A stretch of 63,959 bases of DNA, filler included, from Nemertoderma westbladi (taxonomy: Eukaryota; Animalia; Xenacoelomorpha): the NCBI GenBank assembly GCA_032718475.1. It is 3 parts of 3 records of this genome, joined end to end, with 100 filler letters (N's around TTAATTAATTAA, not from the genome) between each part and the next. Parts side by side here need not be neighbours in the genome. Positions count along the whole stretch, not along the records: positions 21,152 to 44,773 come from JAUCBJ010001233.1; 2 more parts are not named here. One strand, written 5' to 3'. The notes beneath the pieces are model-generated. The model did not search any database and was not told the origin of the DNA. It was given only the letters and a program-made list of their open reading frames with translations. Below are positions 24,479-35,875 of the stretch, one piece after another. The first letter of the stretch is position 1, and the number at the start of each line of letters is the position of its first letter. A program made the position numbers and the translations under genes.

Positions 24479-25661
24479 TGTTCGCGCTTTTGAAGACCTT
24501 TAGCAGTTTAACCTGCCAAAATTTATATGTCTTTTAGTTAATTAACACACCTTTAGCATACGACAATATTTTATGCTAATAAACAAAACATTAGCCGAAG
24601 CCAGCCCATGCGCGATCATTCACCCGATGGATCTACACCCGGGAGGCTGAATTCGGATGCTTAGATTTTATTATTGCAGTGTAAGGTTGCAGTGTAAGCC
24701 TACTGTATTATTCGATTGATCGCTAATATGTAATTTCTGACAGATATTATTAACTTTCGGGAAATATTAACAGTTCCTTTAGGACGTGGCGCTCTATCTA
24801 TTTAAACAGAGCTAGGACTTATACTAAACGCAACGATAAGGCTTATGATTAAAGTATAAGTCGCATTCTTTAGGAAATGCTTTGTTACCAGTCACATCAC
24901 ACTCACAATCATGCACACTATTCTGCCGACCGTCAGTATATTTGATCACACATAAAGAGAACAGCAATTGACTCAGGTAGTGTCTACTAAATAACATTAG
25001 ATTCAATACACACCACATTGATATAAATCGCAATTGTTATATATAGCCTGTCTCTCTAACCTGTAGTGTATCAAGAAATTGGGAAATTTGGGTGATTTAT
25101 CAATATTCTCCAAATGACAATATTTCATCAACAAATCGATACAATTAATAACTGACGGTAAATAGCAGTACAAACAATATGATTAGTGCAGTTAAATTAA
25201 GTGAGGTAACACCGCCGGTAACAGTTATACTTTCTATAATCTAAGCAGTTTTACTAGAGTTGTTCCAAAAGCCGGTGTTATGGCGAAAAATGGGAACACA
25301 ATAACAGAAACATGTGACTACTACCACTATACGAGTATACCAAAAACCCTTATTCCACGAAGCCCCGTTCAACACAGAGGATGAGTATAGAGATAGGAAA
25401 TTCAGTTCAGTAGCGCTGGGATAGGTCGAAATCAACGCCTACGCAAATTCTATTGGCCGACACGAACAGCAAGGCTAAGGCAACCTCTCTAAGCTAGTTG
25501 GCCGATTAAACTGAGCCCAGATATCTCCGTACAGCACATCAGCCAATAAGCTGGTAGCTTGCACTATTTTAGTTATAAATCCCTTTGAGAGTATTCTAGC
25601 GACTGGGGGGGAACTGGCCAGCAAAGGCAAACGTATCAGTTATCCCACAAAAGCTTTTACA
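24479..25661 (-). repeat. LTR A (5' LTR of copy 1), 1183 bp
   Basis: TGTTCGCGC...CTTTTACA termini shared with LTR B and LTR C. Confidence 0.9.
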
Positions 25662-26357
25662 TAGTATATAATAAAAAATTCACTCTGAAAAATTAACTCT
25701 GAAAATTTATTCACCCTCTCTTACTCAAAAATCTAGAATTATCTACAATTCTCAATACAATTCTTCAATTTTCTACAATTATCTAATAACGTGGCGTGTA
25801 ATATGTGACGAGTTTTTTTTGGCTGTTTATTTTATTTTGAAAAATACATAGCCGAAACTAATATTATCATTAAAAACAGAGAAATATCATTATTATACAA
25901 TATCGAATTTATGAAAAAGTATCAGCAAGCGTGATAATAAAGAATATCGCGCTTGCTGTTTCTTTCATCCTTTCATCGCGTTTCCCTAAATCAATTCCAT
26001 TTAATATATAATTTATTGAAGTATTATCGCGTCGTTGAGTTTACGTAACATCTGAAACATTATTTTACGACCAAGAAGGTTTTATTATTAAAGGAAGGAA
26101 TATATACAGATCCTATTGGTGGTCGAACGGTACCGTACAGTTTGCAGGCAATGAGCTTTCTACTACTGACGTTCTCCGAGCCAAAATCCAATAAGTTCTT
26201 TACATAAAGGTTAAACATAAAACAGCGTGGGATAGTATCTCTTGGCTGTTACCTGTAATGAAGAGAGGTCGCCACATTAACTTCAAAACCCAAATGCTTT
26301 CTATATGCACTATATGCTACCCCTTTCTTTAACCCCCCCCCCCCCCCCCCCTTCCCC

Positions 26358-27520
26358 AATACAATGCTGTAATGTCCTCTAAAGTTGTGAAGTGCTAAAT
26401 AACAACTCGCTGTTAATACTAACGGCGTTGAGTAATGTTACTATTTTGGAATAAAGTACTTTGCAACAAAGTATGTATGTAGTTTTATTCCAAAATTGTA
26501 ACATTACGAAATGATTGTATATAGATTATAAGTAATAGAAACTGCACAAATTAAATTTAGTTGCTGTATAAATAAATGTAAAAATGACATAAATTATGTT
26601 ATAAATAAGTTAGCTTATATTTATGGTGGCATTTGGAACCATGTTAATAGTTTATAGCTACTGGTTATTAATAGCTACCGGTAGGTAATGCAGTAGGCCT
26701 ATCTGGCTGTCAGCCAATTAATAATAAATACCACCTATTGTTAATGTGGTAACCAATGACGCCGTAACTTTACAGCTCGCCGTCATTGGTTACCTCATAA
26801 ACAAGGGACATTTACAACACCAATACAATACTAAATGTACAGGCTAAATACAATGCTGTAATGTCCTCTAAAGTTGCCAAGTGCTAAATAACAACTCGCT
26901 GTTAATACTAACGGCGTTGAGTAATGTTACAATTTTGGAATAAAATTATTTTTTGAACATCGAATAATTGTAAGTTAATTTTTTCTTTTAGGTTTACGCG
27001 CCGACGATGTTTGAAGTTTATACTCGGACATTCCCAGTCGATAAACAATCCATTGCAATCACGGTGTGGGATAATTCAGGTAAAAATAAAACAATGACGC
27101 CGTAACTTTACAGCTCGCCATCATTGGTTACCGATTAAAAACAGGGGACATTACAACACCAATACAATACTAAATGTACAGGCCAATCAATACAATACTG
27201 TAATGACCTCTAATGTCAAATGCAAATGTAAATGGAAATGCAAATGTCATGGGTGATAGGGAGTTGTGGCGGTGCAATTTTGTCGATAAGCCGGCACAGC
27301 ATTCTTAAAAATGCAGCTGCAACGCAGCATGCCGATCCTAGTAGTAGTAGACCTCTAATGTTGTAAAGTGCTAAATAACAACTCGCTGTTAATACTAACG
27401 GCGTTGAGTAATGTTACATTTTTGGAATAAAGGTATTTTTTGAATATCGAATAATTGTAAGTTAATTTTTTCTTTTAGGCTTTCGCGCCGACAATGTTTG
27501 AAGTTTACACTCGGACATTC
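26358..27520 (+). repeat. Local segmental duplications (three copies of AATACAATGCTGTAATGTCCTCTAAAG...GTAATGTTAC)
   Basis: Copies start at ~26358, ~26847 and ~27189; the third is interrupted by an RTE tail. Confidence 0.75.
27217..27350 (+). mobile_element. 5'-truncated RTE LINE 3' end
   Basis: Matches the end of 42933-43412; (TAG)n tail; TSD ACCTCTAATGT at 27206-27216 and 27351-27361. Confidence 0.85.
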
Positions 27521-27669
27521 CCAGGAAAAAAATTTTTCGTTCTGTAATCATATTATAAAGTGCGACCTGATTTAGGTCTAGTCAGTATTCAATTATGTGT
27601 TTTTATGTTGTATATTAATATTACAGTGTTAAAAGTCATCGATTTCTTCAACCTCAGTATATTACAGTG

Positions 27670-27835
27670 TTAAAAGTCATCGATTTCTCCAACCTCATCC
27701 ATTTGATCAACCTCATTCATTTGATCAACCTCAATCTCATAGAAATCTCTCGCCGTCTTCGGGTAGTGTTTCTTACTCGGTTTCCTAGCGAATTTCATAT
27801 TCGCTTCAACCACATATCACTAGTAATCGCATCTC
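27670..27835 (-). CDS. Putative exon 3 of a secreted EF-hand protein gene (possible 1-nt frameshift)
   Basis: Acceptor TTAATTATAG|GA, phase 1. Reads GDAITSDMW, then either LKRI* or, shifted, VEANMKFARKPSKKHYPKTARDFYEIEVDQMNEVDQMDEVGEIDDF*. Confidence 0.4.
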
Positions 27836-28009
27836 CTATAATTAAAGTATTTTATGTTTAATATGTAGGTCTTATGTTTATTAAATCTGCATATACTGTA
27901 GTTTATTAATCAGTTATATTTAAGTATTTAAGATAGCCCCCCCCCCCCCCCCCCCCCTTCAATAATTTTAACTTTTCTTTTATGACGTTTTTTTTTCTTA
28001 CATATTGAA

Positions 28010-28267
28010 TGGGAGAATCTTTTAGGCTCGTTAAGCCAAGGAATGCCTGTTCACTACCATGGGTGATCTTCCACAGTAAACCCTTCCACTCTGTTTCCCA
28101 AGTTGCCTTGGTTCCCATTTATCGACCACTGAAGGATGAAAGCCGGGGTTGGGCTAGGCTGCAGCATTTAAAGCACTGTGCCCAAACAGTGCTGCCCCAT
28201 CTAGGGATCGAACCCGGGCTCCCTAATCGGAAGCACAGTAATGTCACCACTAGACCAAGCTACTGCT
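28010..28267 (-). mobile_element. tRNA-derived SINE, near full length
   Basis: A box TAGCTTGGTCTAGTGG, B box GGTTCGATCCC, core CTTTCATCCTTCAGTGGTCGATAAATG, and one copy of the unit amplified at 29515-31320. Confidence 0.75.
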
Positions 28268-28632
28268 GATCTTACATATTATATATCTAACAGTATATAA
28301 CTACTATATATCAAATCTATTAGACATACAGTTACAGTAGTGCACTTATAGTATATTGAATGAAGCGATATGATGGCGAGTGAAGCGAGCAGAGATAATA
28401 TACTCCCATATTTTAGCTTTTGACACACGTCCTGTAAATACTGACTTTTCATTGATTTTATCTATTTTTACAAGAACTTTTCCCTGGCATTTCAGCGCCC
28501 CTGGGTGAGTGCGCCCGGGGGAACATCCCCCCCCCATCGCTACGCCTCTGGCTAGCTTCGACGAAATAGTGATTGACACAACGACAATTTGTGGATTTCC
28601 AACCAACAATATCAATTTAGCCATTAACTCAC

Positions 28633-28787
28633 CTCCGCCTTGTTCCTCTACTATGCTCTTGGCGAGTTCGTATATACCATGGAAGTATTCGACAGTACTC
28701 TCTACCTCGTCAATATACACCGTATCATCTCCATTCACGTCCCAGTCCTCAAACACGTGATAATCTGGATCCCGTGCGTAACATGTT
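28633..28787 (-). CDS. Putative exon 2 of a secreted EF-hand protein gene
   Basis: Branch/acceptor CTAATTCGTAG| and donor GGAG|GTGAGT. Encodes EF-hand-like FEDWDVNGDDTVYIDEV. Phase 2 matches exon 1. Confidence 0.6.
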
Positions 28788-29050
28788 CTACGAATTAGTA
28801 ACAATAACGATTAAAGTGATAATCTGGATCCCGTGCGTAACATGTTCTACGAATTAGTAACAATAACGATTAACGTGATAATCTGGATCCCGTGCGTAAC
28901 ATGTTCTACGAATTAGTAACAATAACGATTAACGTGATAATCTGGATCCCGTGCGTAACATGTTCTACGAATTAGTAACAATAACGATTAACGTGATAAT
29001 CTGGATCCCGTGCGTAACATGTTCTACGAATTAGTAACAATAACGATTAA
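28756..29050. repeat. 5 x 59-bp near-perfect tandem repeat
   Basis: Unit CGTGATAATCTGGATCCCGTGCGTAACATGTTCTACGAATTAGTAACAATAACGATTAA; no spacers. Confidence 0.95.
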
Positions 29051-29215
29051 CAAAGTGGCTCAATACATACGGTATATATCGTAAACATTCTTCATACTGA
29101 GAATTTATCAACTTGTGCAGTTTATTGATTGAACTCGCAACAAAAATTAGAAAGGTGTTGCAAGGATACCAACTCATTACAAGTACTGGTTCGATCCCAA
29201 GATGTGGTAGCACTG

Positions 29216-29483
29216 ATCGCCTCCGCTTTGCAGGACATTGCTTTCGCCGTGAGGACCAGCCAGTGCATAATCTTGTACTTTGGCAGCCTCATGGAGTGAA
29301 TAAGCATGGTGGACAGCCCATGACTTTCTTGAGACGCATCTTAAAGGACACTGGCCTTAAAGATGCGGATGATCTAGCAAATGTCATGGGTGATAGGGAG
29401 TTGTGGCGGTGCAATTTTGTTGACAAGCCGGCACAGCATTCTTAAAAATGCAGCTGCAATGCAGCATGCCGATCCTAGTAGTA
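29216..29483 (+). mobile_element. 5'-truncated RTE LINE inserted in a SINE
   Basis: RLRFAGHCFRR..ELWR C-terminus identical to that in 42980-43210; TAG-repeat tail; TSD GTAGCACTG on both sides. Confidence 0.85.
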
Positions 29484-29514
29484 GTAGCACTGTTTGGGCA
29501 CATAGCTTTAAAGC

Positions 29515-31320
29515 ACGAACAGGCATACCTTTGGGAAGCAGAGTTGTGGGAGATAATGCATGGTGGTGAACAGACATACCTTTTTGAGAAGCAGAGTGGA
29601 AGGGTTTACTGTGGAAGATCACCCTTGGTGGTGAACAGGCATTTCTTTAGGAAACAGAGAACAGGGATTCCTTTAGGAAAAGGAGTGGAAGGGTTTACTG
29701 TGGAAGATCACCCATGGTGTTGAACAGCCTTTAGGAAACAAATAAGAAGGGTTTACTTTGTAAGATTACCCATGGTGATGAACAGGCATTCCTTTGGAAG
29801 ACAGAGTGGGAAGGGTCTACTGTGGAAGTTCACCCATGGTGTTGAACAGGTGTTCTTTTAGGAAACAGAGTTGAAGTGTTTTCTGGTGGAAGATCACCCA
29901 TGATGGTAAACAGGTATTCCTTTAGGAAACATAGTGGAAGGGTTTACTGTGGAAGATCACCCATGGTGATGAACAGGCATTCCAACAGAATGGAAGAATG
30001 GAAACAGAATGGAAGGGTTTACTATGGAAGATCACCCATGGTGGTGAACAGGTATTCCGTTAGGAAACATAGTGGAAGGGTTTACTGTGGAAGATCACCC
30101 ATGGTGATGAACAGGCATTCGTTTAGGAAACAGAATGGAAGGGTTTACTGTGGAAGATCACCCATGATGGTAAACAGGTATTCCTTTAGGAAACAGAATG
30201 GAAGGGTTTACTGTGGAAGATCACCCATGGTGATGAACAGGTATTCCTTTAGGAAACAGAATGGAAGGGTTTACTGTGGAAGATCACCCATGATGGTAAA
30301 CAGGTATTCCTTTAGGAAACAGAGTGGAATGGTTTACTGTGGAAGATCACCCATGGTGATGAGCAGGCATTCCTTTAGGAAACCGAACGGAAGGGTTTAC
30401 TGTGGAAGATCACCCATGGTGGTGAACAGGCATTCCTTTAGGAAACCGAGTGGAAGTGTTTACTGTGGAAGATCACCAATGGTGGTGAACAGGCATTACT
30501 TTAGGAAACAGAGTGGAAGGGTTTAATGTGGAAGATCACCCATGCTGGTGAACAGGCACTCCTTTAGGAAACAGAGTGGAAGGGAGTTATGTGGATGATC
30601 ACCCATGGTGGTTGAACAAGCATTCCTTTAGGAAACAGAGTGGAAGGGTTTACTGTGGAAGATTACCCATGGTGATGAACAGGCATTACTTTAGGAAACA
30701 GAGTGGAATGGTTTACTTTGGAAGATCACACATGTTGGTGAACAGGCATTCCTTTGGGAAACAGAATGGAAGGGTTTACTGTGGAAGATCAACCATGGTG
30801 GTGAACAGGCATACCTTTAGGAAACCGAGTGGATGTGTTTAATGTGGCAGATCAACCATGGTGGTGAACAGGCATACCTTTAGGAAACCGAGTGGAAGTG
30901 TTTACTGTGGCAGATCACCCATGGTGGTGAACAGGCATTCTTCGGGGTAACAGATTGGAAGGGTTTTCTGTGGAAGATCACCAATGGTGGTGAACATGCA
31001 TTCCTTTAGGAAACAGAGTGGAAGGGTTTACTGTGGAAAATCACCCATGGTGGTGCAAAGGCATTACTTTAGGAAACAGAGTGGAAGGGTTTACTGTGGA
31101 AGATCACACATGGTGGTCAACAGGCATTCCTTTAGGAAACAGAGTGGAAGGGTTTACTGTGGAAGATCAGCCATGGTGGTGAACAGGCATTCCTTTAGGA
31201 AACAGAGTGGAAGGGTTTACTGTGGAAGATCACACATGTTGGTGAACAGGCATTCCTTTGGGAAACAGAATGGAAGGGTTTTCTGTGGAAGATCACACAT
31301 GGTGGTGAACAGGAATTCCA
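29515..31320 (+). repeat. 63-bp minisatellite (~28-29 units) amplified from a SINE internal segment
   Basis: Unit GGAAACAGAGTGGAAGGGTTTACTGTGGAAGATCACCCATGGTGGTGAACAGGCATTCCTTTA. Preceded by a SINE head (~29186-29510) and followed by the SINE tail AACGAGCC..CCCATTCATTCATT. Confidence 0.92.
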
Positions 31321-31476
31321 TTGGCTAAACGAGCCCACAAGATTATCCCATTCATTCATTACAGTGACCAATGTTAGTGTATATTAATAACTAATATATA
31401 TATGTATTACTATAATAATATTCGATAACTACAGTAACATCATTTAGCAGTAAACTAACAGCTATCATTAACTAAC

Positions 31477-31685
31477 TTTTGTTTGAGAAGGACTTTGTCT
31501 TCCTCGAATGGTCGGTACCGTTTCTTGTGGCCTTTCTTACCATGGCCCTTCGCGGCGTGTCGCCTAGCAACTGACCCCGAACACCAGGACGGTGGTAAGA
31601 GAACTTTACACGAATATCTACGTGATTCTTCAACGAATGCTGCCACCGTCAACAAGGCAAATAATTGGAAATATATACCGATCAT
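31477..31685 (-). CDS. Putative exon 1 of a secreted EF-hand protein gene (signal peptide)
   Basis: MIGIYFQLFALLTVAAFVEE is a signal-like start; basic His/Lys stretch; donor AA|GTTAGT gives a 209-nt phase-2 exon. Confidence 0.55.
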
Positions 31686-32364
31686 ATTTCCTTCAGATTA
31701 TTATTAATCGAAAATTTAAATATTAGTTTCACACCCTTGGTTTTAATTATATGTAACTACTTAATAATTTATAGATAGGGATATTTTTATTAGTTCATGG
31801 AAATACTTGTAAAACTGGTAATAATTTATTGTGCCGCTTTATACAATTAATTAAAAATATTCCTGGTCCTAACCAAAACAACGATTACACTATAATTCAT
31901 TAATTTATTTATACCTTATTTTATCCACCTTTTTAATAAATTATTTTATTTATAATCTATGAATATTTGAACTGGAACGCGGGTACATCACGGGATCAAA
32001 AAGGACAAGAGAAAAATTATTCTAAGTTGCATCTTTTGTATGCGCTGTCTTTTATTCATTAATTAAATTAAATATTTTCGAGACATTTTGTTTATGTATG
32101 AATAGCTACCATGTTCCATTCCATGAATCTCGCAGGGCATTCGCACACACGCGACTGTAAGATACTCCCAACAACAAAATGGAGTTACAGAGAGAAATAA
32201 TAGGACGTTAGTTGAATCAGGTAGATCTATGATAGAATTTCTATTTATGTATATCTATCTATTTCTATCTATCTATTTATATATTTATTTATGATTATGA
32301 TAGAGTTTCTGTATATATTAATATTAATAATCGATGTAAAAAGGTAAAATGGTAAAAAGCCATC

Positions 32365-33357
32365 AGTTTCAGACTTTAAGTTCTTTGGGTCTGATGCATC
32401 GGTTCACGTCCCAAGTCAGAAAATAAAGAAGTGAGATCCTAACAGTGAGAGACACATCTTCGTTGGTTATGATGGCGAAAAGAAAGGTCATAGAGTATAT
32501 GACCCACACTCAAGGCGTGTATTTGGTAGTCGTGATGTTAGGTTTGATGAACATAGCTTTGGAGGTCGTATATCCCACATCAAGCATGAGATAGAGTCAA
32601 AGTGTCTTGACAATACTACTAATGGATGATATAGTGGTTCCAGTTGCTCCAGTAATCGTTACAGAGAAAGTAAATGACTAATTAAAAACAGACAAGAGTC
32701 TGAAGTGAGGAAGTTATAAAACTGCCAGATAGATATGGTGAGTGGATTGATGTAGATGAGTTTGTTAATATGGTTTTCTCAGTATCCATGGAACCAAGAA
32801 CCATCAACGAAGCATTGGAAGGTGATTCAAGTGACCAATGGAAATCAGCAATAGAAAATGAATATAACTCCTTAACCAACAATCAAACCTGGTCTTTAGT
32901 TTGCAATAAATGGACTTTTAAAGAAAATAAAGATTCTAATGGAGAAGTTATACGCTACAAAGCGCGGCTTGTAGCTCAGCGTCACTCAATGCCCCAATAT
33001 GGATTATCAAGAAACTTTTGCACCAGTTACACGTTGTATCTCTATTCGTATAATACTGACTCTCGTGATTGAGTATAACATAGAACTACACCAAATGGAT
33101 GTTGAGACAGCCTTCCTGAATGGTGTACTGGAGGAAGGGATCTTTATAAAACAACCAGATGGATTTATCAAGAAAGGAAATGAGAACTTGGTATGTAAAC
33201 TCCATAAGAGTATACTGTATAGTATAGGTACTCCTTTGTATCTGATACTGTATATGGCAACAAGCCTCTCGATGTTGGTATTAAGTAATGAATGATCACC
33301 TAAGGGATCTGGTTACGTACAATCGGATTCTGGTCCTTGCATTTACTTCAAACACAT
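32365..33357 (+). pseudogene. Decayed Ty1/Copia pol fragment (integrase C-terminal region and RT start)
   Basis: IFVGYDGEKKGHRVYDP..SRDVRFDE, EPRTINEAL, RYKARLVAQ, DYQETFAPV, LHQMDVETAFLNG; frameshifts; cut by the BEL insertion. Confidence 0.9.
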
Positions 33358-34503
33358 TGTTCGCGCTTTCAGACCTTTAGCAGTTTAACCTGCCAATTTT
33401 AGGTGTCCTCTTGTTTATAAATCGACTTTAGCCTATAACAATTATTTAATGCACATGAAGTAACATTAGCCGAAGCCAGTCTATGCGCGATCATTCACCC
33501 ACAGTTAAGGGAGACTGGATTCGGATGCTTTGACCTTATTGCGTTGCAGACCTACTGTATTATTCGATTGATCGTTACTATATAATCTCTGACAATATTA
33601 TTCACTTTCGGGGAAATATTAACAGTTCCTTTAGGACGTGGCGCTTTAAGTATAAAACAGAGTTATGACTTATACTAAACACAACGAGATGGCTACTGAT
33701 TTTCGTAAATATCGCATTCTTTAGGAGATGCTTTATTATCTGTCACACTGCTGCATACGACTTCACACTGCTGCACACTGATCTGCCGACCGTCACTGAA
33801 TTTAACCATATATAAGGAGGATAGCAACTGACACATGTAGGGATTATGAAATAGCATTTAATGCACACTAAAACCACTATAATGTAAGTCGCAGTTGCTA
33901 CCGGTAAACCTGTTCCTCTAACCTTTAGTAATCAAGAAGATTTTTATGATTATTCATCGGTATTCTCCAAATATATCAGCAATATACACCAACATATAAC
34001 AATTAATAACCGACAGTAAAATAATGCAGTTTTATTATACAGCAATGTTTAAGGTCAGATGTGTGACCGTAGTTTGGTTTGATAATAGATTTACGTTCTT
34101 GTAATCAAAGCCGTCTAATGTTGGCCAAAGTCTGAAACTTCTAACACAGAAGTACAGAAGAATTTCCAAGCAGTTGTTCTCGCTCAGAAAGGTAAACAAA
34201 GACCGTAATGCATTGCGCGGTTTTCTGTAGGCCTCTTTGCAAGATAAAATGAAAAGCGCTCTGATTGGCTGAGCGAGCTGAACAAAGAAGTTCCACATCG
34301 ACAGTAAATCAGCTGACAGATTTCGTCATCTGAACTACAATCTATTTAGAGTATTAGCGCATTGTGGCATAAAATGGCTTGTTATGTCCGCTAAAACACC
34401 TTCACGGTACATTGCGGAGAAAATGGCTTGTTATGTCCGCTAAAACACCTACACAGTATATTGCGGAGAAAAATGACCTGTTATATCCGCAAAAGCTTTT
34501 ACA
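33358..34503 (-). repeat. LTR B (3' LTR of copy 2), 1146 bp
   Basis: TGTTCGCGC...CTTTTACA; three ~50-bp AAAATGGCTTGTTATGTCCGC repeats near the U3 start. Confidence 0.9.
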
Positions 34504-34581
34504 CCGCTCTCAGAAAATGGGATTTAATTTTATAAAATATTAAAACTCACAGTTTCTAAAATATAAAAATACTCTAAACAG

Positions 34582-35875
34582 TTAGTCTTTCTTACGCGAA
34601 CGGCGTTTACGCAGTTTTTTGAGGCTAGCAAGAGTCCTTTTCTCTTTGGGGCGAGCCACTTTACTAGGAGGGCTATAACTCCTGGGTGAAGGGTGCAATA
34701 CAATTGCATCGGAAGGTTTAGGATTACGGTCGGTGTATCTGCCGGTCGAGGTACCCGGTTGATCGATATCAACCTCAGTGGAGCGAGGTCGAACAACCTT
34801 CAGAGCGCGTTTCAGTACAGCAGCTCTTACTGGTCCCTGACGATTCGTCTGCACAAGAGCGGTAGGTGGACCATGTGTAGTGAGAAATTTCCTCGGTTTG
34901 ATGGTTCTTTCCAACTCGCGTTCTCGGGCTCTATCGGAATCGATATGCTTCTCCTCGAGCTGATTTTCCTCCGCTTATCGTTGGAAGCATTCGTGCTAAA
35001 CTCTTGCAGAGAGTAGGGTCGTCCAAGTTCGATATCCTCTTAGAGATTCTGGATTTCCCGATCGAACTGGGGTAAGGCCAATTCCTTTACCGCTAGGACT
35101 TGCTGCTGCAATTTACGTTTCTCTAAACAATTGTAGGTTCCTTTTCTGATCTTTTGTCGAATAGTGTCTAACGCGTTTCGTTCAACTCTCTCCTCCACCT
35201 CGGTGACAGGTTGTATCGGGGTTAGATCGGGACGATTATACGGGTTGAACGGCGATATTAGGTGTCCGCGTCCCAATCCAGCTAGGTAGGATGAGCGAAT
35301 ATCTAGGGAGCTCACAACCGGAGTGCCACCGACTAATTGTTTGGGTAACACTAGATCTTTGAACAGTGAGTACAGTTCGGGAGGATCCGTGATACTATTA
35401 GGATCAAGAGTCTGAGGTCTCACTAGGGAGTGAGGAGGCCTGACTGAGTATTCCGGAACTCTGATCATAGGTTTATTTAAGGATCGTTTGAGTCGAGCGA
35501 GCGTAGGTGATACGTCGAACAAGTTTCGCTCGAAACTCCCGTAAATATAGCGAGTAAAACTGTGTTTAGCGCAATGTCTCCACGGACGTTTGTCTTTCCG
35601 TGTGTTGGTTGGGTCTAGGGCATTCATCGTAATAATACCAAAGACGCTCGTCTTGTAGGGGAAACGCGGGTGATCTTTCTCCAGTTTTACAATGCCTCTC
35701 TCAAGAATTCCAAATATACATTGAAGTCACTGCGTTTATCCGGTTCTTTAACGTCTTCTCTTTCGAGTTGGTTTCGAATAGAATTTTCGTGTTCAATTCT
35801 CAGTTTGTCGTTCCGACTCCGCTGGGTATGATATTTAAATAGGATCATTTCCCTTTCGGTGTCTACATCGTCCAT
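34582..35875 (-). pseudogene. Degraded extra ORF between pol and the 3' LTR
   Basis: Three consecutive same-strand ORF pieces (62, 195 and 110 aa) in GC-richer sequence; ends in basic KKLRKRRSRKKD. Confidence 0.5.

Larger units (their letters stand above)
21152..25661 (-). mobile_element. BEL/Pao LTR retrotransposon copy 1, 5' part (5' LTR, 2.2-kb leader, gag N-terminus)
   Basis: Collinear homology with 49550-54072. Confidence 0.9.

Noticed and set aside
21152-25661. Copy 1 as the misplaced 5' end of copy 2
   Set aside because: The gag breakpoints are nearly complementary, but LTR A and LTR B differ strongly and the flanks (TAGTA versus CACAT) give no TSD.
28195-28267. Functional tRNA genes here and at ~8750-8820
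   Set aside because: A and B boxes are present, but there is no clean cloverleaf and both run into SINE body sequence.
28756-31320. CRISPR-like arrays
   Set aside because: Head-to-tail tandem repeats without unique spacers, no cas genes, eukaryotic context.
29876-31328. Repetitive ORFs (RKQSGRVYCGRSPMVVNRHSF)n
   Set aside because: By-product of a 63-bp (multiple of 3) satellite; broken by stops and indels.
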